Part shown: positions 1-14,156 of the stretch, in pieces
Position numbering within the stretch: position 1 is the stretch's first letter
Layout of the letters: each line of letters opens with the position of its first letter
Made by a program: the position numbers and the translations under genes
Notes under the pieces: model-generated
What the model was told of the DNA's origin: nothing
What the model saw: only the letters and a program-made list of their open reading frames with translations
Database searches by the model: none
Assembly (NCBI GenBank): GCA_010093705.1
Contig: MU006090.1
Location: forward strand, 1,143,817-1,207,816
Reading direction: 5' to 3'
Length of the DNA: 64,000 nucleotides
Source of the DNA: Patellaria atrata CBS 101060
Taxonomy: Eukaryota

Positions 1-3291
<3,291 letters not shown>

Positions 3292-6200
3292 GGTTGCGGT
3301 TAGCCTTGCATACGTCTCCAGATAGTTTCGGTCGAGGAGGTTTGGTGCCTCGCTATGCTAGATGGAGTGACCAGGTTCAAGTAGAAGCTCAATACGCGTA
3401 GTATTAATGGTCGAGATTGTCGTACGAGGAATATATGGCTGGTGGAAGGTAGCCGAGCGTGATAGAGGCGGGGAATAGCAGGATATGGCAGGAGTAAAAG
3501 GCGAAAGGGGTATCTCAAGGTAGGCTGAATGTAACGAAGAAGTTCAACAATATTTCAAAGAAGAAGTAGGTACAGCAGTGTGTAGCAGCTTTTCGTATCG
3601 TATATTGTAAAAGCCCAGGCTAAAGTTTGTAGCCCTTGCTGCTGAGGCACCACAGGAACCGCCCGCACAGCGAAACGCGGCGAAGTTGCTTTTAGTAAGT
3701 TCGGCAGCCCGTATCGGTATGAGTACGAAGTTGGGTGACCAGGGATCGGTACAGCAAGGAAATGCAGTGATACTCGTTCAAGAGCTGAGGAAAAGAATGT
3801 TGAATCCACTGACTATATGCGAAGTGGGGTGTGGTGTTGTTGCATTTTTCGATTCAAGAGAGGTCAATGCTCGATAGCAAAAGACGAGTTTCATCAATCA
3901 ATGCTATACAGTAATCGCAAGCCCGAGATCAAGGCGATCAGAAATCCCATGCAACTCCAAACAGCTGGCGTGTTGCTGTATTTCTACTTTAACACGGCGA
4001 ATGCTGCTATTTAGAGTTCGACGTATCTTTAAGTACAAGGTGAGAACGCTATACTCTTGACTCCTTACAGGCACTTTACTACCTGCTCATTGTATGTACT
4101 TTCTCTGGCTCTAGATCTGATAATATGTCCCACAGAATCCATGTAGCTTTCAATAACACCAACGAGTTTTAACTTGGCCACCACTGGCGAACGATATGAC
4201 GCTGATATCACAGTCATCTCGCGCCACTAGCCTATTGCAAAGATATATACAGAGCAGGGTGAAAAGAGTACTGTACAAAAAAAACTTACTGTACAAGCGA
4301 ACAGCGCAATCCGCCTATCCGAAGATATCCAGCAACTCGGAAGCCTTGAATGTGTAAGAAGGTCCACCGTCTTGAGCCTCTTGGACGTGTTCCCAACAGT
4401 CAGAGTTTCGTGCTCCGTTTGGGAGTCTTTTCCTTGAGCGATCTCATGCAGGAGGTAACGCAGCGATATGTTGCTAGAAGCTATGGAAGCCGTTTGGTCG
4501 CATGAGGACGCGTCAAACGAATGAAAGTTGAATTCCAAAAAGCAGCATCGAGTCGTTTCAAGACCATCACTTGGCTGAACACGTGCAAGATTTCTTATGC
4601 ACTGTGGTAAGCTAGAGCAAGCGTTGGAATAATAAGAAGCTGAAAGTATTCCAAGACGTCTGACTTTTGGGGGAGCGACACCATAAGCAGGGAGAGACGT
4701 TTGATTTTATGGACCAGAGCTGCCTAGATATGCAGCTACGGAAACCTCCATATTTCTCTGTACATACTTCTTCCCTCAAAGTACCCGCATGCGATCCTCC
4801 ATGCCGGTGATACCTCCAGGTCACGAAAGAGGGTTCGATTAGGCAGGTGGATAGAGAAGCGATGCGATAAATGGCCGCCATACAGTACCGACCGGGAAGT
4901 TTATCTCTATCTAGAGACGCCGGCCCAAGGAATAATGCTGTGATATTTATTGAAAACCGTTATCCTCAAAGGATGGTAAGATGGCGTGGATGGTTTACAC
5001 GCCGTTGCGCTTCTTATTACCGCATCCTTCGAGCTGTCATCAGTGTCATGGTTCTCGGTTCTTCGGTGAAGGAACCGAATGGCGATATTCGTCCATGTTA
5101 CAATACGGGTAAGTCATATATCTAGACATTTTTAATTGGGTGGAAAATTAACTCCGGTACTTTGAGGGGGTAAGCTGTAGCCTAGACGAGTATGGTGTAT
5201 CAAACCCATCAGCTTATATAAGCCGGTCTCGGTCGGGGCGGACACGGTGGGTGGGAGTTGAATAAAGGCGGTGCAGGAACTAGTTTCGCATGAAGTTTTT
5301 AATTTTGTGTCTACGAACTGAAGCGATAAGAACTGTACCTTTAATTATCGGTACCTGTGAAGATTGAAGAAGTGATTCAGTCCTTTAGATGGAGGAGGTT
5401 TCATACTGTACAGTACAATATTAATGGGGTCCAAGCCAAGGGTTCCGTTCACGTATTATGGAAGATTTGCCGTGTGGTACGAAGGTTGAATCAACAATCA
5501 ACCCACGGGCGGTTCATGTGGCACGGGTGGGGGCTAGGGTAAGGTAAGGTAAGGTAGCTGTCGTACTCGTACCGTATCTGGGCATTTTTTGACCCGAAGC
5601 TTCAACCGCGATCCTGAAGCATGGCAATTCCACTGCAGCACTGTATCCCGTACAGCTACTACTGCTCTACAGTAATATGTGTGTAGACACAACAGGCATC
5701 CTAAATTCTTCAGCTTGTAATACGGAAATTGTCGGAAGCTCAAAGTGTCAGCTTGCCGTCGTCACTGTCTCTCTAACGGAATTGAGTGCTCAAACTCGCT
5801 CAACGGATCTCCGGCTTTTGGATCGGCACGCTAAATCGGCCCTGCCGTTCCCATTTAGGCCCGGCTCCTCCACTCATTCATCGCTTCTTCCCCCCATTCC
5901 CCCCAAAATCGCTTCCGCTTCCATTCTCTTCTTCCTACGAGCCCCCCAGACCTTTTCTTTTCTCTCCATCTGCACTCAGCGACTCCTGCCCTTTCCTCCC
6001 TCATCCGACTTTTTCCCATCTGATCTCAACTGCTTTTATTCTGCCTTGCGTCTTGAACTGGACTGAACTGAACTGAACGCACTCGACTCCTCATAACATC
6101 GCTTTGACCCGAAGGAGCTCCAACACACCCGCCTGTTTTTCGCGGGAAGTCCTCTCCTCCTCCGGCTTTTCCATCCGAGGCACGACTTGCCATCCGTGTC

Positions 6201-6490
6201 CAGTGTCCACAAACACCGCAACAACCCGCTTATCCACATCAGGACATTTGCGCTCTCACCCAAAGCTCTAACAACCCAACTTTATTATTTATCTACTGAC
6301 GCCAACTGCACGCGTGTCAATTGCGACTTCAATTGATCACAATCGCTGCGCCCACTCATCATCTCAGCTTATTTTTCAGCTTCAGACGAAAGGAATCCAA
6401 CTTTCGAGCTGTTCACATCCACCAACTGCCTCTTTACCTGAACTTGCAACAGACACCGACCACATCCGACCTTCAACAACAGCCGCCACC

Positions 6491-9478
6491 ATAGATCAAT
6501 CAACTCCTTCGGCGGGGCGATTCCCCGCTCTGCACCCGTCCCAGGCCTCGCCATCCTCGCCCCAGCAGAGCACCTTAAGCCCGTTGCAACGATATAGCGC
6601 AGAATCTCCGCGTGAGGCCGGCACCGCTACCGGATCCTCACACCGACGCGCCACCGAACAGCCCCGCATGCGATCTTCAATTGCCTGCACGCACTGTAGG
6701 AGAAGTAAGGTAAAATGTGAGAATCAAGGTGTGGATACGACATGCGCAAGTTGTCATCGTTCAGGACGGACCTGTCAGTATCCCACCCCAGGCAATCCGG
6801 GAGCCATTACAATTCCGTCACGGAGAGAAAGTGTCATGCCCGGTCAATCGCTGGGCAATACGGTCAATGAGCCTGAGGTGGGTCTCGCGCGCGCTGCTCT
6901 GATAATAAAGTATGCATGTACGCTAACCTTACCTTAACATCTTAGTCCTCGAAAAAGCAACAACGATCGAGGAAGGCGGCTCAACCCGGACCTTCCTCTT
7001 CCGGCTTGCAATACGAAGAAAATCTACTGAACATTGACCCAGACCACTGGAAACAATTGGTATGTTGGAAGTCATCCCTTAGGTTTGCGTTTGCATCTCT
7101 GACCTCCGTTAGTTCAATATCTTCGAACTACACTATTCGACTGAGCTGCCGTTCTTGCATAAGCAAACTTTCCTCAAACCACTCCACAAATCACACTCAC
7201 TCAAGACGGTGCCCGACTATGGCTATTCAAATGACGACTCAAAAGTTTACCCGAAACCAGCAGCAGACGATGTCACTCTCCTTGCTTTCCTGGCTCTCAC
7301 CGTTCGCTTTCACCGGGAATTAACACAACTCCACGGAGGCGACGCCATTAGCGCCAGTAAGATTTATGCCGATGCGGCCTGGAAGCATGCGGAAATGACA
7401 ATTGCCGACTTCTGGCAAGAACCAAACCTACAACGAACGCAAGCACTTCTCATGTTGGCCGTACTTGGTAGTGGATCAAGCGAGGGTAAGAAAGCTTGGG
7501 GCGCGGTGTGCAATGCTCTCCTATCGGCTCGCGCTTTAGGCCTGACTGATGCCAAAGGCTCGAGAGAGCACCAAAACAAGCGCGCACCTCCCGCCCACAC
7601 GGGAACTGGCTTTTCGGGTCACGGTGCAAACGGATCAGGTTACCATTCTAACTCAGAAGATGCTATAGCAGAGGAAATTGAGCGTCGAACATTCTGGAGT
7701 TGTTATATTATGCACACGTATCTTGCGAATGGAGTAGAACGACAAATCTTAGTTCAACCCAAGGACATCAAGATTCAGTTACCCTTGAACCAAAACACTT
7801 TTAATTATGGAAGAAGAGCTCAAACCCTCTTTTTGGGGGATAACGTCCAAGATGAATATCACCAAGGTCCAAATTCCAAAAAGAGGAAGCTTTCAGACAA
7901 CAGCAGTATTGGAACCGGAAGTGGAAAGACTGAACCCGAGAGCTTACTCAGCCTCTACATTAGAGCAGTTGACTTATACGGAGAGATCGCTCGATGGTCA
8001 CTTAGCGGTGGGAGGCGGTACGTAATCACGTATTTAGTCAATCCCGTCCGACAATTTGACTGATAAAAAAAAATAGGATTGATATGGACAGAAATGGAGA
8101 CCCAATTCCCCCATGGACACCCGAATCCGCTTTCTACAAGCTCCACTCGCGATTACTTTCCTTCAAGGAGAGACTACCAGAGAGTTACACTTATAACATA
8201 GAACAGACCGGAGCTAGAGGTGAGGATAGGATTTCAACCCCTTACACATTGATGCACACAGTTTTGGACCTTTCTGGCATTCTGTTGCACAGAGAGTACG
8301 TTCCCTGCATTGCTTTGAAGTGTCCAAAGGGTCCGGAAGGACCTCTTGACAACCCGAAGTTTACCCCGAAACAATTGGAAGGAATGCCGAATGGGTGGTG
8401 GGAGCAGAGTGCCGGTGACCTTTTCAAAGCTGCCAGACGGATTGTCGACCTCTTGCGAGAATGTCAAGAGTATGAGCTCCTACCGGAGACTCCGATTGTT
8501 GCATATGCCGCGCATATTGTAGCGTTCGTCGGTAATTAAAACTTTTCTGAAGTTGTTAGCTTTAATGCAGATGTAACTGACAAACCTTTAGGTGTTTATG
8601 CTCAAATGTTTCCTCATATGGATCAGGCCAAGGCTATGTTCCGAGGCGAGAGCCCATATGGTCATAATTCCGGAGCGAACAGTGACACCGAACCCAGCCC
8701 GGAAATATCAGCAGTGTTAAGCATCTTGAGATACATGGCGCAACGCATGACGATGGCTAGAGTCTGGCAAGAACAGACATTGTTGATGTTCAAGGAGCTC
8801 CGTAGTATTAAGGACAAGGAGATCCGTTTGTTGGCCGGGGGACGTGAAGCACGCCGTGGCTCGATTCTTAACGATGAGGGTATCGGCGAAGGTGGAATTA
8901 AAATCTGGGAAGATATCTTCAGCCGCAAGCTAAGCGACATGCTAGGTTTCCACACCGCCGAAGAGATCCGAGAGGTCGAAGGGAACGGAAGTCTTGGTCG
9001 TGACGATAACAGCAGTGATGATCGCAGCACTGTCAAGAGCGAAGCAATCGATACGCTTCAAGAGTCCTCGGACACGATTCGGCGTCAGCAAGCGTCCGGC
9101 TTCACATCCATCAACACGACTAATGCTAATGGGCCTTCCACAGGTCCGGCAGACGACCAACGTAGGTCATCCCAACATCCGATGTCGCCCGAGAACAGCG
9201 TGCAACAGAGTCATCCGATCGCCGTCAATCTCGTCGCGAATTCTCATTATGTCCCACAACCACAGCAACATTACTATCCCCAAGAAGTTGCGTATCAACA
9301 AGTGAGGCAAGATCAGCCACAGATCCTTTATGAGACTCCGACGCTTGCACAGCTTCAACACAATTCAATTCATTTGTTCCAGACCGGTGATCATTTACAG
9401 GATCTTGGGGTCACTTATGGCGGTTATCTCGATTCCAGGTGGAGACAGCAAACTGAATTTGGAATTCAGCGAGCTTAA
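6491..9478 (+). CDS. Zn(II)2Cys6 transcription factor with a fungal-specific TF middle region; 5 exons; first ATG at 6668, candidate non-AUG start ATA at 6491
   Basis: ACTHCRRSKVKC...CASCHRSGRTCQY binuclear cluster and EEIERRTFWSCYIM motif. Introns at about 6878-6945, 7060-7112, 8018-8076 and 8532-8591 restore the frame. Confidence 0.92.
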
Positions 9479-10750
9479 TCATGATGAGTGCTAATCTACG
9501 TATAATAAGTTCGATAGATCGGTTCTCTTTTTGTGTTCCCTACTCGAACTCCCTCTTCGGAGGTAGATTTTAATATGGCTTTTTCGGAAAGGGGAGGGTG
9601 TCCTACCCGCTTGTTAGGCGTTGTAGGCACTTTGCTCTTTTCATTTTGTAATACTTTGTGTTATTTGTTTTTGCTTCCCTTTCTGCACCGATTGTTTCAC
9701 ACAATTGCTTTATGTCGATATCTCATTTCAATTGCCCACCTCAGTATGTTCTCATTTGAAGACGTAACAGCAGCTTTGGAAGGGCTCTCCAAGATGTACC
9801 TCTTCTCACGGGCTAAACATACACGGCATCTTCACAAGGTGAATCTTAGGTTGAAGATACCTATATTGGTTGTTTAGAGCAGACCTTTCGGATTTTTGCT
9901 TTGGCTGTGTTGGTTGGAAGGGGGAAAGAAGGCAAAGAGGTCATGCTTTATGTTAGTTTTATGCTCTTTGATGAATCGATAGCTGTATTCTCCTCAATCA
10001 CTTCCTCCCGCGGTGGCTATGTAACGTTTCCATCCCTCCAACGACCTACACGTCACAACATATATGGTTCCCGGTTGAGCTTGTTCCCTCGTACTTCGCA
10101 GAATACCTATCTTGCCCACTTCAACATCTTTGCGTAGTTGAAAGACTACTACTAATTAATGCCCCTCTCAAGTGGATATACCTTTTCCCTTCCATCCCCC
10201 CTATCTTTCCCACCCCTTTCCATGCTCCCTATCCTTCCATCCCTTCCCTTCCCCCTATCATTTCACCACTCACTCCACCACCATTACCATGATACCTTTC
10301 CTCGCGCCCCGTGCGGATACAAAACCTACACCCGTCTATCCGCCTCTAGACTTTTAAAAGGTGACGAGAGGTGAAAATCTTACGTCATGAGGGTGTTGAG
10401 ATGGGTGGGTGGACTATTTGTCTGGAGGTGGATAGGAGGATCGTGGTTGCGGTGGGGATAGGGATAGGGGATAAAGGAGTAGATATGTGTGCGATATCGC
10501 ACTGTGCTCTGAAGTAGAGAATGATAGCTCTGATATCCAGTAGAAGCGCGTTCCACCCGACGTCTCAACGAGCTCCACCAAAACTCAGCCATGCGGCACA
10601 CAAAAACGGTCAAACCCAACCTGCACACATCCCATCTCCCAGAACTAGTTCTTCACCAAAATCACACGACACCCACTTCCCCCCGATCCAGTACCAACGC
10701 CTCAGTTTAAAACTTTAAATTGGAGCAATGATAGAGGGGGGCAGTCACCC

Positions 10751-10892
10751 GTTCCGCTGTGCTATAGTGTATTGGATCATCTCGTTCGTCTAACGGATGA
10801 TTTCTTGTCACTCGTTGAATTTCTTTCAGTCTTGTGTTGGGTCTTATTACGAGCGATTAGAGGGCGGCGGGAACACTTTTTCTTTTTTTTTT
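10751..10892 (+). ncRNA. Candidate small structured RNA followed by a T-run
   Basis: Ends pair (GTTCCGCTGT with GCGGCGGGAAC). Internal stems TCATC-CGTT/AACG-GATGA and CTCGT/ACGAG; an oligo-T tract follows immediately. No known family recognised. Confidence 0.25.
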
Positions 10893-13749
10893 AAAAAAAA
10901 AAAAAATTAATTTAATTTGGTGATTCGTTCGATCTTGGTTCTCTGTTATAACGGGTTCCTTTTTTTTTTCAAAATTTGGAGGCGAGGGCGGAATAGATAC
11001 ATATTATAGACCCATATCCGTCATAAATACAACCACACAAAAGCGAAGGAAGAGCTATATCAAAACTACATCGAAACCGACGAAACACAACTCCCCCTTC
11101 CATCATTCCCCCTTGAATCAAACCAGAAACTTCCACGTCCAAGGGAACTACAGTGGAGAGTGCAGCAAACACCACCTTACCTCCTCGGAACCACTAGACG
11201 CGCCCCTTTGTCCCCTGACTATTAACTTGTCAACTATTAACTATTACCCACAAACCACAAACCAGATCCACGCTTCCATCCCACATGTCCCTTCTATCCA
11301 ACGCCAAACATGCCCATAGCACTAGACATTTACGAGACCAAGGAGTCTCACACGACAACCGCACTTAGGCAAATCCACTCCACCACCACCCCATCTTGCC
11401 TCCCTCTCCCCCAGCTTCAGTCATAGAACACAAGCAAGATCTCCGCCCCACCGATTCCACGAGTATGACCGTACACAATATCCCACTACGGCGTTATCAA
11501 CGTCCCACCCACGCCCGAACCGACTAACCCCTCTTCCCTCTATCAGTTTCCACGCTCTCATTTTCTTGGTTGGTTATCTTGACTTGGGGTTTGGGCTAGA
11601 TGGGCGATGGGGGCTATCGAGATTACTGTGAGAGGGAAGTGGCAAGTGGTACAGTATATTCATTACCTCCACTGCGTCGTAAAAGGGAGAGATACCCCAA
11701 TGTCTGAATACCGATGCGTGTAGAGGATCTATGCGAGACTGTTGGGGGGTTCTGCTATGCTGTGTGGGACTCCGTTATCGGTGGGATGATGGATCAAGCT
11801 CTGCGGTTGCCGGACGGATTGATGATGGCGAGTTATTAATCTTGGTCATTCATGGAACTTCATTATCCGAAAATTGGGTCTAGGTACAGTACTACTGGGG
11901 TGCCTTGTTTGCCTTTAGCTTTTGTAGAAATAAGTAGGGATGAGACGCTCCTGCGCTTGAGTGTGTAGGAGGCGAGGAATCGAATGGGCGAGGGTCGGAA
12001 GGAGCTGTTGTTACTAGATACCACTGTCAATATCGCGTTATGGTATAAGTGAGGAATGTGATCGAGTCCAAAGGGGCTCCGCTTGATAATTTTTAGGAGA
12101 ATTCAGGGGTTCTATAAGGTAAGTTTCTCAGGCTCTGATTACCAAAGCCCCTCCAAAATCTCTCATCCATCAAAAGGTAAGGAGCACGGTGACATGTCTC
12201 ATTGGTCTCCCCATCGCCGCTACCGAGTAAATGGCTCCAGACATTGTGATAGTTCTAGCACTATTGAACTACCTTTCCTGGGTAGCGCTCAAGTAGCAAC
12301 ATCAACATCAACACCAACAAAGTCCACAGACACCCTTCAAATCCACCAACACGATATCTAGTCTAGAAACTGAGAGAAGAGGAAAAGAAATGATACCTCT
12401 CTAACCCCTCACCCCTATTCGTCCGAGACATCCATGCGCAATGGTAAGTCTTGGCAAGTTGTTCCAACCTCGAACAAAGCTGCTACAGTACGAGCAATGG
12501 ACTGAAAGAGAAACTGGACTGAAGGATGGAAAAGAGCAAGCTGTAGGACTGTGGATGCGTGGGAGTTAGGTTGGGACCCTCACGGGTGTATGTGTATGTA
12601 TCGGTGGAAAGGTTTTCCGAGAGTATTCGGCCGGGAGCAGGATCATGCCAGATCCGATGTTTCTAGGACCGGTAAAGCCGTTCAGCGGTCTTTTTTGTTA
12701 GGCCTGTCGTTGAGTGTTGGTGTGCTTTGACAAGTTGCCGCTCGTTGACTTTATGGGGTGTTTCGTGCAAAGTCATTCAGTGAAGGAGGAGAGGCCAGGG
12801 TTCTTCGCATTGGCCGATATGGAGGAAGTTTCGATGCAGGAAGGACAAGAAAGTGAAACTTAGAGATTGGTGTGGATCTATTATTGTTGTGAACGGAGGG
12901 GTTTGGTATGATGCACGGCGATTGCGTGCTCTGTCTTGGTTAAAGCAAAAGTGATTCTGTTAAATATCTATTCTAACTGCGTGAAACTAAATGCGCATTG
13001 AGGTGTCTGTACAGACGTTCCGAAACTACCTTCCAATTTAGTTCTCTGGCGGTTCGTGATGGTGTTTAGGCATTGGCCGCCCATTCAGATATTTGATGAT
13101 GTGATTCTGCTTGTCGAATGTGCTGCTGATGGAAGTTGAGGGGACTCTTGCTGCTCTTGCCCCCAATGTTGAAATCGTTCTCAGAGTGTAGGTAACTCTC
13201 GTCCTGATGTTGTACTCCTGAATTTTTGTACACCTACAACAAGATGACTTCCACATTGTGCTGTAGATTTCCGAAAGATAACCTGAGGAGAATTTTCACA
13301 GATCGAATAGAGAAATCCAAACAAGCGGAATCAAAGGAACAACCAGTATACTGAAGAAAGAACGAAATTGAAAATGAAATGACCGTTGTACATAAACTGC
13401 GTGTACAATTGACGAGAGAGCATGTATGATTCCTCCTGATGGAATTCCTGGCTCATCGTACGCTCGTACTGAGGAGATCTCCCACATTTTCTGTACGCAC
13501 ATACTGAGTATCGCGGAAAGGTAACTCGACCCTATAGCATTGCCTGTACAGTACTCGTGCAACATCTTAATAACGGCTATCCCGACGAAGGAAGAACTAT
13601 TACTTAGCAGTAATCGCGGCTGGCAGATCCGAGATCCATCATCTTCAGCTCCGGGCGTAGACCTGTCTTCGATGGTTCCGATATGGACTTCCCGCAAAAA
13701 AATATTTCCCAAACTGGGTCCACTACATAAACTCCCAATATTTTACAAA

Positions 13750-13955
13750 ATCCCCGGTGGCACATTGGGGGTCACGCACGGTTTGCGGCGTACGGCAAAA
13801 GGGTCGATTCCGGTCATCGTCAAGTTCTCTCTCTTTAACCGTTTCTACGGTTTCTCTAATCCGCTCATCAGATATCCTTAGGCCCTGGGAGTTACGACTC
13901 CCGGGGCCCAAGGATGACCCAATACGGTGGTACTGGGTCAGACCTGAGGAATCAA
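13750..13955. ncRNA. Candidate structured non-coding RNA domain (multi-hairpin junction)
   Basis: 19-bp hairpin at 13874-13915 (ATCCTTAGGCCCTGGGAGT-TACG-ACTCCCGGGGCCCAAGGAT), abutting hairpin at 13916-13939 and hairpin AACCGT-TTCT-ACGGTT, all enclosed by GATTCC-GGTC (13806)/GACC-TGA-GGAATC (13953). A long T-rich tract follows. Confidence 0.5.
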
Positions 13956-14053
13956 ATCTACAAAACAAATTTTTTATTATTATTTTTTTTTTTCTTTTAA
14001 ATTTTTTTTTTTTGCACTTGCTATGATAGAACTGGCCTAGATCTCGTATTAGA

Positions 14054-14156
14054 ATCGTCCGGATACAGCACTCAAGAGACGTGAGCTGAAAGATAGTAAA
14101 TTCTCATCGTCCGGATACAGCATTCAAGAGAGGCGAGCTGAAAGATAGTAATTCTC
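14054..14156. repeat. Tandem duplication, 2 x ~52 bp
   Basis: ATCGTCCGGATACAGCA(C/T)TCAAGAGA...GAGCTGAAAGATAGTAA(A)TTCTC at 14054-14105 and 14106-14156, with few mismatches. Confidence 0.95.

Noticed and set aside
5537..6078. Short microsatellites (AAGGT)n at 5537 and (GAACT)n at 6055
   Set aside because: Ordinary short simple repeats, not telomeric and not informative.
13825..13880. Hammerhead ribozyme on the minus strand (CTGATGA...GAAAC-stem-GTT)
   Set aside because: Core words and a stem III are present, but stem II lacks the closing pair next to GAAA and stem I does not form.
13806..13953. Box C/D snoRNA (terminal stem adjacent to CTGA)
   Set aside because: No RTGATGA C box after the 5' stem (the sequence is GGTCATCG).
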